64,000 bases of DNA from the NCBI GenBank assembly GCA_963667015.2, contig CAXXJJ010000004.1, positions 1,472,001 to 1,536,000 on the forward strand, read 5' to 3'. The DNA comes from Desulfatiglandales bacterium (lineage in GTDB: Bacteria; Desulfobacterota; DSM-4660; Desulfatiglandales; HGW-15). The notes beneath the pieces are model-generated. The model searched no databases. It saw only the letters and a list, made by a program, of their open reading frames with translations, and was not told the DNA's origin. The position numbers and the translations under genes were made by a program. How positions within the stretch are numbered: position 1 is the first letter of the stretch; each line of letters starts with the position of its first letter. Below are positions 51,736 through 61,272 of this stretch, in pieces.

Positions 51736-51806
51736 GCTTTTAACGCACTGCATAAGCGGTTTGGCAGTCTTTTAGCCAAATCCGACTTAATGCAAATGTT
51801 AGAACA
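51736..51806 (-). repeat. attC-like site
   Basis: GCTTTTAAC...TGCATAAGCGGTTTGGC/GCCAAATCCGACTTAATGCA...GTTAGAACA. Confidence 0.8.
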
Positions 51807-51812
51807 TTTAAC

Positions 51813-52988
51813 TCAAGGATGCACAAGGTTTAGAGCCCACTCAAGCTCCTCATCCTTTTCTGCACCTATCTCATCAAGATATTTTAAAAAATCATCCCAA
51901 TTCTTTCTCGCAAAAAACTTTACTTTATATTGCCCTTCTATATTTAATGCTGGTTCTTTAACCAAATCTAACATTGGATTATCGATAAACATAGCATCAC
52001 AGTATGGGGCATATGTAGATATGAACCTTATGTCATAGAAAATTCCGCTAAGCCTTTTCTTTGCTTTTTGCTTATTTTTAAATGCTCCATTTTTAACTTG
52101 TTTTTTCAAAGCGGCAAATAGACCTGATGAAATAAACTCGTATGGGGTATTATGAAAGAATTCTGAATTAAAAAATAATGTTACTCGTCGCAATCTTTCT
52201 TGCAAATCTAAATCCATATCAAAGGTTAATAGATCTTCAACAACCTTGGCATCAATAGGAGAGTCAATTAAAGCATTAAAATCTCCAGATGCCAAGCGAG
52301 CTGCCATCCTTGCATACATTTGAAAATACATTCTTGCTGCACCATTTAACTCGGTAAGTTGGTCTTGTTCAAAAGTTGTGTCATCCTTTCTCCAAGATTC
52401 AAACAAATTTATTAAATTTTCGACTGATTCTTCTTTTAATTTTCTTGTCCCATCGATATCCTCTGGAAATCCTTGCACATCAACCCAAAAGTAACCTTCC
52501 CAGCTATTAACGTCATAAGGTAAGGCATCATTCATATCTATTGGTTGGTTCTTTTTATTTTTATTAATAAAATTTTTAAAGCTTTTTATAATTTGAGTTT
52601 GACTTATTCTATACTCAGGGTGGAACTCGTTGCCTCGTGATGTTTTCTTAATGAATTCAAAGAGATCTTCTTTTTGATCATGTCGCCACTGAAGGGTTTC
52701 TGTCTTGTGTATTGGTGAATAAGGACAAACTAGCAGTTGATTATGTGCTAATATTTCAATAGTTTTAGATGCCTTGATAAATTGTTCTGCGTTCCCTCTA
52801 AAGGCATGTGATAAAAAAAATTGATCTAGATATAGTATTTTTTTTGAAAGATGAGGTAACGGAATATGCATAGAGTAATTACATTGTTCGCATCCTCTAA
52901 GTAATAGATTTTGTGAAATATTTACATTACCAAATGCATTTTCTTTTTTACAGTTGGGGCACGCCCCTATTATCCTAGTAACTAGCAA
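51813..52988 (-). CDS. Hypothetical protein with N-terminal Zn ribbon and PIN-like acidic motifs, cassette-borne
   Basis: CPNC...CEQC; ILYLDQ; YDIRFIS...CDAMFID. Confidence 0.7.
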   Translation of the reverse strand: MLVTRIIGACPNCKKENAFGNVNISQNLLLRGCEQCNYSMHIPLPHLSKKILYLDQFFLSHAFRGNAEQFIKASKTIEILAHNQLLVCPYSPIHKTETLQWRHDQKEDLFEFIKKTSRGNEFHPEYRISQTQIIKSFKNFINKNKKNQPIDMNDALPYDVNSWEGYFWVDVQGFPEDIDGTRKLKEESVENLINLFESWRKDDTTFEQDQLTELNGAARMYFQMYARMAARLASGDFNALIDSPIDAKVVEDLLTFDMDLDLQERLRRVTLFFNSEFFHNTPYEFISSGLFAALKKQVKNGAFKNKQKAKKRLSGIFYDIRFISTYAPYCDAMFIDNPMLDLVKEPALNIEGQYKVKFFARKNWDDFLKYLDEIGAEKDEELEWALNLVHP

Positions 52989-53010
52989 GTGTATTGCTCT
53001 CCATACTTAT

Positions 53011-53100
53011 TGTTGTAACTGTGTAGCTCACAAGCCCCGCCGTGATTTGCATATCAAGCAAGGGACCCTCCGGGGTCTTGTGAAGCGCCAGGTTCGGGCT
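53011..53100 (-). repeat. attC-like site
   Basis: TGTTGTAAC...CACAAGCCCCG/CGGGGTCTTGTG...GTTCGGGCT. Confidence 0.75.
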
Positions 53101-53506
53101 TGTCCGGTTTAAGTTTGCAATGAAGATAAACACCCAACGGACATAATATTAATGATGCTATTATATTTATAAAACCAGTTGTCAGATCAAATAATTGTGG
53201 AGCTTCGGCATAATGAACGCCTGTAAATAGTAAGTTATAGATTGTAAAAATGCCGCCCAATACTATAGCCCAGGTATATTTTCGCGTTGATTCTATAACA
53301 TATGGGATGCAATACCCTGCAATAATACAGAAAAGCCAAAACGGGAATTGAAAGGAAATCCACATCATTACGTGGCCTATTTGACCTGAAAATACTCTGT
53401 CATATACAACTGCTTTTCTCCAAAATAAAGCAACGAAACTAAATGCAGCATGATAGATGCCATAGAATCCAGAAACAATTAAAAAATTGCGCAGAGTTTT
53501 GATCAT
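53054..53506 (-). CDS. Hypothetical membrane protein, first cassette
   Basis: Start moved to ATG 53506 behind AAGGAGG; about 4 TM helices; ORF runs into its attC. Confidence 0.7.
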   Translation of the reverse strand: MIKTLRNFLIVSGFYGIYHAAFSFVALFWRKAVVYDRVFSGQIGHVMMWISFQFPFWLFCIIAGYCIPYVIESTRKYTWAIVLGGIFTIYNLLFTGVHYAEAPQLFDLTTGFINIIASLILCPLGVYLHCKLKPDKPEPGASQDPGGSLA

Positions 53507-54112
53507 CTTATGCCTCCTTTCATTGAGCCCGAACATGTTATTAAGCGGTTTAGAGCCGGTTTTATAAATGTCTATATATAGACTTTTTGCGTTTTTAGCC
53601 TGTTTGAAAATTGTCTATATATAGCCATTTTTTAAGACTCATCATCAACAATTCATTTTATAATAATTAAAACAGAGCCAGTTCCCTCTTGATACCTTTA
53701 ATGATCAAAACCACAAAACAACTGAATTCCCCGGTCCCCGAAACATTATCGGGATCTTCGACAAGCCGGGGAATGACATAAAAAAATATTGGTAAAGTTT
53801 ATAAATGATGCGCCCGGGCGCTTTAAGGCAGTAATTCATTATACCCGGAAAGATATAATAGATTAGATTTAAGACTAATGGATTGAAAAAGCAAGGAAAT
53901 AAAATTGAAGTCGGTGATCAGCCGTCTTCGCTTGCCGCTACGCCGTGCCAGGGAAATCGGAGATCAGCAATGACTACCTCACCGCCCGCTCCGCTCTAGA
54001 CGCAGAGCAGGCTGAAAAGAACCTATTCAGTCTGGTGTCATGTCATGCATCGACTGTCATCCCGACTCCCGCCAGAAAACAGCGGGATAAATTCCAGGAG
54101 AGATCCTGCAAA

Positions 54113-54137
54113 TGTAGGGGCACGACGCATCGTGCCC
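54113..54137 (+). repeat. GTAG-type REP palindrome
   Basis: TGTAGGGGCACGACGCATCGTGCCC; other short palindromic repeats occur at about 53725-54105. Confidence 0.8.
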
Positions 54138-54264
54138 ATTATTTCAGAGTCCATCAAAATGACATGCAGAAACATTACATTGTTGACACGACTGGAAGGT
54201 TTCTATGTAACTATAATCGAACAGGTATCTTCTTCAGTGTAAATTAAGAGGAAAACCCATCCAT

Positions 54265-55356
54265 CTAAAATGTAAATCCTAACTCTATTGCCATACTTAT
54301 TCTATCATCTTTTATGCGTCCATCTTCATCAATAAAGCCATCGTCCGCTTTTACGTAAGACGCCTCCGCCCTGATATAGGTGTTATCATTATAATGCCAC
54401 GTCGGACTGAACGTTGCCGCATATATATCCTCTGTGTCAGGACTCTCGATTAATATCCGGCTGTTTTTCTGGTTGATGTATTCGAATCGTAAAGGAATTG
54501 AGAAATTGCCAAAGTTGGGGCAGATATAAACAGCGCCGCCAATAGACGATTCACTTTCATATAAATTCTTCACAGCGCTGTCCCATTTCCAGTAATCAAT
54601 ATTGAATGCAATGTCTATATCATTTATGGTGCGTTCAATAACCGCTCCGGTCAGACTCCTCTGGTCCTTGATATTATAATGATACAGGGTAAAGGTATTC
54701 TCCAGAACTGAGCCGCTTATTCCTATTTCCCATGCAGAATCAGGAGCGTTATATTCCTCATCATCCAGTCTTTCTTTAAAATATCCGCCATATAAAGAAA
54801 GTCCGTTCACATCATAAGCGATTCTGCCCCCATAGGCGTTATAGGGCTGCTGGGAAGCCACTGCGCCCAGGATGATATTTTTATTATTGAAGGTGTATGT
54901 ATTTTCAAAACCGGCGTTGGGCTGGAGCAGGCCCAGCTCAAGATTTAGATTCGTGGCGGGTTTTAATGTAAGGGACGCATACTCTATCTTAAAATCAGTA
55001 TTGTTTTCAGGTGTACCCAGGATAGAAGGTGTAGATGTCTCGCCAAATGCTGCCACAAATCCAATGGGAAGGTTCTCATCTGATGATGAGATCTCCACTA
55101 AAAAATTTGAAAGGAGAAATGCATCTTCTTCTGTATCCTCACCGGGATTGGATGCATAAAAATAACCCGCGCTGATTCCCCCGGAGATCTAAATCCCTTT
55201 TAATGCCTGTGAAACCTGTCCCCTGATCGAATCGGCATTCTCATGTTTTGCATCGGTATTACCTGACATGTCCGGACTGGCGGCAGATGAAGATACAACA
55301 CAGGTGATTAAAAAAATAAGAGTAAAAAATGAAATCTTGATAACGCCTTTTTTCAT
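54265..55356 (-). pseudogene. Outer-membrane beta-barrel/porin interrupted by an in-frame TAG
   Basis: Signal peptide from ATG 55356; TAG at 55189-55191 (codon 56); same frame continues to a C-terminal ELGFTF. Confidence 0.75.
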
Positions 55357-56015
55357 CGTAATGTTCCTTTATTATTTCTCTAAATTTTTCCGCTGTTATT
55401 TCATCTCTTTGAACTCTATCCAGAGAACTGCACCTATCTCCACATCCTTGTCTTCTCCGTCATGTTTTATCTTTTTATCGGATGTGCGCATACCGGGACA
55501 ATCCTTCATTAATTCATTAGAGAGAAATCCCCTTCTTTTGCCAACAATTCCCCTCGTTCAACGGACAACCCGATATTTGATAAACTCATCTCCAATTTTT
55601 TAGCCAGCGACGTATGGGACATACCCAATTCCCTTGAATCCCCAAAAAACAATAGACTTCTCACCTTTACTTTAGGGATCTGATGTCACTTTGAAAAAAC
55701 TTCAGTTTTATCTATTCCTAATACTTGCGCGACTCTTCTAGCTAGTGTCCATCCAGAAATAACAAAAATCCGGATGGAGCTTTCAGCATTCAACTATCAG
55801 CCGTCAGCTAAAGCTCTGCTTTAAAAGCATTTAGCCAAAAGCTGAACGCTGACAGCTGACCGCGTCCATTCAAAAAGGGCCTATATGAAAAGGTTTATGG
55901 ATGGGCACTAGCTAACCATCGTCGCGGAGGTTACCCCGAGCCAGGGAAGCATTTTAGGGTAAAAATGTTAGAGCAAGCAAGAAAAAAAAGAGGTACCCCC
56001 TTTTTTATAAACCGC

Positions 56016-57071
56016 TTATGCTGTCTTTGCTCTGCAGCCCCTTAGATCTCTGAGCCGCATATAACCGTGCACCTTCTCACCCTTTGTCAATTCCATCCGA
56101 CTCCATGAGTCGCATGAAACCTCGGTTACAAGAGTGCTGCTGTCTATATTTATCGAGATAATAACTCCGTCATCCCTGATATTCACATCACCTATCCTGC
56201 CTTCAAACCTGTTTATGGGAGGCCCATCAGGAGGTTCTTTACCGATCAATATCTTTCTGCGGGCTATAGTGAAATGTGTAAATGATTCTCCCTCATATGG
56301 AATTAAAAGCATTCCCCCCGCCCACCTTGCCTGAACAAGGCCGTTATCAAGGCATTCACACCCTTTGCAGTCAATCACATTCGGGATTTCAAGAAAACTG
56401 TTCCCATTTTCGCCATAATTGTTTTCAGGGGTAAAGGACCCAATGGAGGATGAAAGTTCTCCATCCTGCATCACCCAGATACTGTCAGCCATTTCACGAG
56501 CCTCCAGGATGTCATGGGTAACAATTATGGTTGTGAGCCCCAGTCTTTTCTGCAGGGTTCTGAATTCCTGTCTCAGGTACCTTGCGGTCCTGAAATCCAG
56601 TTTACTGAATGGTTCATCCAGTAGCAGCACCCTTGGAGAAGATGCAAGCACCCTTGCAAGTGCAGCCCTTTGTTTTTCACCGCCGCTGAAGGTTTCCGGC
56701 CTTCTGCCCGAGAGATGTGATATGCGTAGAAGTTCAACGAGTTCTTTAATACGTTCAAGTCTTTTAGATCGACTAATTTTAAGCGAGTGCATGGCAAGGT
56801 TGAGATTTCCCTCAATGGTAAGATGGGGGAAGAGATGAAGGTCCTGGCTTACAAAACCTGCCCTTCGCTCATGGGGCTTTTTATGCTGTATATCTTCGCC
56901 ATCAAACATAACACGGCCCTCATGTGATGCAAGACCTACTATCACCCTTAACATACTGGTTTTTCCTGCGCCGGATGGGCCAACCACGGCACAGATATCG
57001 CCTTCTGGCACAAAAAAATCATCCACCCGGATAAACCTGTTTTTAACACCTTCCAGCCTGATGCAGGACAT
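56016..57071 (-). CDS. modC: Molybdate-type ABC transporter ATP-binding protein
   Basis: GPSGAGKT, FSGGEKQR, LLLDEP, C-terminal TOBE-like region; start moved to ATG 57071. Confidence 0.8.
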   Translation of the reverse strand: MSCIRLEGVKNRFIRVDDFFVPEGDICAVVGPSGAGKTSMLRVIVGLASHEGRVMFDGEDIQHKKPHERRAGFVSQDLHLFPHLTIEGNLNLAMHSLKISRSKRLERIKELVELLRISHLSGRRPETFSGGEKQRAALARVLASSPRVLLLDEPFSKLDFRTARYLRQEFRTLQKRLGLTTIIVTHDILEAREMADSIWVMQDGELSSSIGSFTPENNYGENGNSFLEIPNVIDCKGCECLDNGLVQARWAGGMLLIPYEGESFTHFTIARRKILIGKEPPDGPPINRFEGRIGDVNIRDDGVIISINIDSSTLVTEVSCDSWSRMELTKGEKVHGYMRLRDLRGCRAKTA

Positions 57072-57871
57072 TAATAATACCCTCCCCTGTCTCCATTGGT
57101 TGCATTCCTGCTGAAGATTCTCGAAACAAGCAAGAGGATAAAGGCCGTAACTAAAAGAACAAGAGCGCATGAGATTGCAATACCTGTTTCACCGCTCGAT
57201 ATATTCAGATAAACAGCAATGGGAAGTGTTTCAGTACGAAACCTTGTTGCGCCCGCTACCATGAGAGTACCGCCGAATTCGCCCATTGTACGGGCCCATG
57301 CCAGGACCAGTCCTGACAAAAGACTTTTTCCCGCAAGGGGGATATTGACCTTTAAAAAGACTGTTAAAGGATTCAGGCCCAGGGTTTGCGCTGACTCTTC
57401 ATAACCGATATCTACCGAGGAAAAGGCCGCCCTGGCGCTTTTCATTACAATAGGTGTCGCTATGAATGCCTGGGCTGCAACCGCCCCCAGGGGCGTAAAT
57501 ATAAAATTAATACCCAGCCTGGCCAGGTAGCCTCCCAGCATCCCCTGTCCGAGCAGAAAAAGCAGGCCGACACCGACTATAAGCGGAGGCATCACAAGCG
57601 GGAGTTCGAGCAATGTCTCAAGGATGCCTTTAAAGGGGAAGCTGCTGCGGGCCATAAAATATGCAGAGGGAATGCCTATTATGATGGCAACAACCATTGC
57701 CACAACTGATGTCATTAATGAAAACCTTAAGGCAAAGAAGGTCTCGGGATGGAATACTGCCTCCAGCAGATCATGCATGGAAACCTGATTCACCAGTGCC
57801 AGGACAACAGCAGGCACAAGCAATGAAAAAAATATCAGCGGAATAGCTAGTATGCGGTCAAATCTGTTCAA
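57071..57871 (-). CDS. modB: Molybdate ABC transporter permease
   Basis: LPLVMPPLIVG, EESAQTLG, ARTMGEFGGT. Confidence 0.88.
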   Translation of the reverse strand: MNRFDRILAIPLIFFSLLVPAVVLALVNQVSMHDLLEAVFHPETFFALRFSLMTSVVAMVVAIIIGIPSAYFMARSSFPFKGILETLLELPLVMPPLIVGVGLLFLLGQGMLGGYLARLGINFIFTPLGAVAAQAFIATPIVMKSARAAFSSVDIGYEESAQTLGLNPLTVFLKVNIPLAGKSLLSGLVLAWARTMGEFGGTLMVAGATRFRTETLPIAVYLNISSGETGIAISCALVLLVTAFILLLVSRIFSRNATNGDRGGYY

Positions 57872-57890
57872 ATCATCACCTTTTCGCCAC

Positions 57891-58673
57891 TCACTCAGCC
57901 GGAATAAATCCGTACCTGGTAAATATTTTTATAGATTCCGGACTGCTGAAATATTCAGTCACTCTTTTCGCCCTGGCAATGTTCTTTGATGAATTTAAAA
58001 CCGACATGGTAACAACCTCGGGCGTATACAATTCACTGCTGATATCAAAATAAACCAGTTTATCATTATTTTGAATGGCATCAGCCCTTGCAATAATCGC
58101 CGCATCGATATTTCCCATACTTACATAAAGGGTCAACTGCTTTACAGTACCCGCATGAACAATGGTATTTTTAAGTATCGCATCCTTTAATCCCGATTTT
58201 TCCAGAACTCCGGCAGCGATCCGCCCAAGGGCCATTGCCCTGGGGTCCCCCAGGCCTACCCTAATTCCGGGTCTGGCAAGATCTTCAAAGCTTTTTACCC
58301 TGTCGGCAGAATTTTTATTTACTGCTACAACTGGCACATGAAGAACAAGAGGGCAGGTAAAAGCTATTTTGCCTTCCAAGGAAAGCTGATCAGTATAAAA
58401 ATTGGATCCGGGGAGAAACAGATCACCTCTTCCTGATGCCCTGTACCGTGTTAGAAGCTGCCCCGATCCTCCAAATTCAACAACCACCTTCTCTCCGGTT
58501 TTATCCGTATATCCGGAAAGAATCTCATCCACAGGCTGCCTGAGCCCTGCCCCGCAATACATTAAAAGGTCATCCGCATGTAGAATGCCTGTCGGCAGAA
58601 AAAACAGGCAGAATAACAATAGAACCAACTGGCGCCAGTAATTTCGGCTAAAAATGAATTTCATATGAACCAT
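57891..58673 (-). CDS. modA: Molybdate ABC transporter substrate-binding protein
   Basis: CGAGL, FGGSGQL, GDPRAMALG, TVKQL. Confidence 0.88.
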   Translation of the reverse strand: MVHMKFIFSRNYWRQLVLLLFCLFFLPTGILHADDLLMYCGAGLRQPVDEILSGYTDKTGEKVVVEFGGSGQLLTRYRASGRGDLFLPGSNFYTDQLSLEGKIAFTCPLVLHVPVVAVNKNSADRVKSFEDLARPGIRVGLGDPRAMALGRIAAGVLEKSGLKDAILKNTIVHAGTVKQLTLYVSMGNIDAAIIARADAIQNNDKLVYFDISSELYTPEVVTMSVLNSSKNIARAKRVTEYFSSPESIKIFTRYGFIPAE

Positions 58674-58877
58674 CCTGTTCTCTTCAATATAAAGACTGCA
58701 AGTACGTTTGTTATTACATTTGTCGCTTTTATTTAACGTATAAGATAACTACTCAATACATCTGGAAATGTCAAAAGTAAACTTATATTATGAATAAAAT
58801 TGACATGTTAGACAAAATAATTGTATAAATGTAGGTCTGAACAGGGCAATACCACAACCATGAAATCCGGAGAGGCC

Positions 58878-59993
58878 ATGAAGCAGAAGGATACAGCAAT
58901 AAAATGTAATGTTAAACAATACAGGCAGACAAAAGGCTGGTCACAGCAGCAGCTGGCAGATATGATTAATGTGAGGCGCCAGGCGATTTATGATATTGAG
59001 AACGAAAGATACATGCCTAATACCGCCATTGCCCTCCGCCTTGCAAAGCTCTTCGGCTGCAGGGTTGAAGACCTGTTCACAGAAGAGGAGCAGGAAAACC
59101 TGCAGGAGGTACACATTGTAAACGGTGAAAAGACCCCTAACTCCCGCCTGGCACTTGGTAAGGTCAGAGACCGGCTTATAGGTGTTCCCCTCAGGGGAGA
59201 AAGATCCACCTCATTTGGGTTGCTGCCGGCTGATGGAATTCTGGACAGGCAGGGTGAAAAGGCGAAGGTATTTTCAGCACAACAGACAGATAAAACCATT
59301 ATTATAATGGGCTGTGATCCCGCCTTTGAATTGCTCAGCCACCATGTTTCTAGGGTTTCACCCCAGTCACGCGTCCACTGCCTGTTTGCCTCCAGCGACA
59401 AGGCCCTTTCCAATTTATCGGAAGGCATTACTCACATTGCAGGCACCCATTTCCACAACAGCGATGAAAAGGAATCGAATGTAGAAATAGCATCTAAAAA
59501 ACTGGGTAAAATGAAGTCTCATATAATCGGCTTTTCCCTTCTTGAAGAAGGCCTCATGGTGGCAAAAAACAATCCTCTTGGAATAAGAAATGTAAATGAC
59601 CTTGCCCAGCCAATGGTAAGGTTTGTTAACAGAGACCAGGGAGCCGCCCTCAGGACCCTGCTTGATGACCTGCTTGTGCGTGAAGGCATTAAAGATTCGG
59701 ATATTAACGGATATTATAATGAGGTCACTTCACACCGTGAAGGGGCCTATCACATTGCCTGCCGTGTTGCAGATGCGGCCCTCGGTTTAAGGATTATCGC
59801 GGATATTTACGGCCTTGATTTTGTGCCTCTTACCTCGGTCAGGTGCGATCTGGTCATCCCCGATGACATGATGAATCATCCCACTGTTCAGGTTCTTACC
59901 GATATCCTTCAGTCGGCGGCTCTGATGAATGAAATAAACGCCATACCCGGATATGAGAGCTCGGCCACAGGAAGAGTTATAGCCGCTCTCTAA
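58878..59993 (+). CDS. XRE-HTH plus periplasmic-binding-protein-like (molybdate-binding) transcriptional regulator
   Basis: SQQQLADMINVRRQAIYDIE; GCDPA, HIAGTH, FVNRDQGAALR; divergent from modA. Confidence 0.85.
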   Translation: MKQKDTAIKCNVKQYRQTKGWSQQQLADMINVRRQAIYDIENERYMPNTAIALRLAKLFGCRVEDLFTEEEQENLQEVHIVNGEKTPNSRLALGKVRDRLIGVPLRGERSTSFGLLPADGILDRQGEKAKVFSAQQTDKTIIIMGCDPAFELLSHHVSRVSPQSRVHCLFASSDKALSNLSEGITHIAGTHFHNSDEKESNVEIASKKLGKMKSHIIGFSLLEEGLMVAKNNPLGIRNVNDLAQPMVRFVNRDQGAALRTLLDDLLVREGIKDSDINGYYNEVTSHREGAYHIACRVADAALGLRIIADIYGLDFVPLTSVRCDLVIPDDMMNHPTVQVLTDILQSAALMNEINAIPGYESSATGRVIAAL

Positions 59994-60020
59994 ATAGGTT
60001 TACAATAAAAACAAATGTAC

Positions 60021-60045
60021 TGTAGGGGCACGGCGCTCCGTGCCC
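60021..60045 (+). repeat. GTAG-type REP palindrome
   Basis: TGTAGGGGCACGGCGCTCCGTGCCC; degenerate partner near 60076-60100. Confidence 0.75.
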
Positions 60046-60246
60046 AGGTCTGCAGGCCCTGGAAAATCGTTATTCAGGGCACTCTGCAGCGTGACCCTGC
60101 GTGTATTACTGGATATATAACCTTGACAATATCCGGCTGCAAATGTAGTTAATACATTTTTCCCGGCCCTTCTTTACAAAAAACCGGGCACAGGAAAACC
60201 TGTCCGCCGCTGGCGGATCAAAATTCAAATGCGGGGGGAAGTAATA

Positions 60247-60417
60247 ATGGAAAAAAACAAAACCACAAAACAGCCGAAACCGGGACGCATAGAGGCCTTT
60301 CGCGAATTACCCGAAAGTATACTAAAAAACTTTACCAAAGATGAAGTTAAGGCATTCATGTTTGAGGAAGAATGGCCTGAATCCCTGGCAGAAAAATTAA
60401 AGGATTACATGGTTTAA
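60247..60417 (+). CDS. Small hypothetical protein
   Basis: GGGGGA RBS before ATG; FEEEWPESLAEKL. Confidence 0.55.
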   Translation: MEKNKTTKQPKPGRIEAFRELPESILKNFTKDEVKAFMFEEEWPESLAEKLKDYMV

Positions 60418-60691
60418 TTTTACAAAAACTGATGTTTTTGAAGAGAAGCCATAAGCATTCAGCTATCAGTCAAAGGATAAAAAACATAAAGTCTTTTCAC
60501 AGTTTCCATTGTAGCAGCATATCAATAAAAAACCGGTGCAGGGTAATCGTGTAAATACCAGGCTCCGGTTTTCTCTATTTTTTATTCTCTAATTTCTATA
60601 TTCTATTTTCCAGTGATATCGGCCCTAAGATATCTGGTTAATGAATTACATCTTTCTACTCTGTGCCATGTGAGCTATGCCTTTTACCCTA

Positions 60692-61045
60692 TTATCGAGG
60701 CAGGATAAGATTGGATTTTTCATTCCTTTCCGCCGTTTCCATCTCCTGCTGCATCTTCTGAACCTGTTCTATCATCCGGGTCATCTCATTCTCCATGGCA
60801 GAAGGAAAACGATCCATTGCCTCTTCCAGGGTTGAGGCATTCAGGCGGGCCTGTATTGGTACCGGCCCCTGTGGCGACATCAGCTGTGTATGCCCGACAT
60901 AAATCCTTTCGCGGCTCTCATCTATTGTTCCGTCCAGCTTTACAGGCATAAGACACCTTATGGAGGCTGTCTTAAGGTCTGTGATATTTTCTTCCCTGTA
61001 AAGATTATTTTTATTAACTGTAAAATCTATCTGGTTATCAGCCAT
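60692..61045 (-). CDS. Conserved hypothetical cytoplasmic protein
   Basis: AAGGAG RBS; NLYREENITDLK...GPVPI. Confidence 0.75.
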   Translation of the reverse strand: MADNQIDFTVNKNNLYREENITDLKTASIRCLMPVKLDGTIDESRERIYVGHTQLMSPQGPVPIQARLNASTLEEAMDRFPSAMENEMTRMIEQVQKMQQEMETAERNEKSNLILPR

Positions 61046-61272
61046 TTACTACTCCTTTTATTAAGAAGGTTTTGGGTTTCAGATTATATTTAGCGAATTG
61101 CACCTATAACCTATTTAATCCTTTTATGCAAATTCGATCTTTCCAACTTAAAGTAAATATATTAAACAGGAAAAAAGTTATTTTGTGAGAAGGTAAGTTT
61201 TTAAAAGTATAATCATAGATTATGAACAATGAACGGTTTTATAAACCCTGAATCTTTAACCGGGATAACATC

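Larger units (their letters stand above)
45846..53624 (-). mobile_element. Integron gene-cassette array without an adjacent integrase (CALIN-like)
   Basis: About 10 attC-like imperfect palindromes bounded by AAC...GTT between co-oriented genes; cassette-start GTT cores match the downstream R'' boxes. Confidence 0.85.

Noticed and set aside
45846..53624. CRISPR array
   Set aside because: The repeats are long, heterogeneous palindromes separated by whole genes, which fits attC sites. No regular repeat-spacer pattern or cas gene was seen anywhere in the window.
55357..56015. Moco/Wco riboswitch or modE gene between modC and the porin gene
   Set aside because: No recognisable riboswitch consensus. 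Only a 37-codon ORF with a weak ModE-like LWIE motif and generic short repeats are present.
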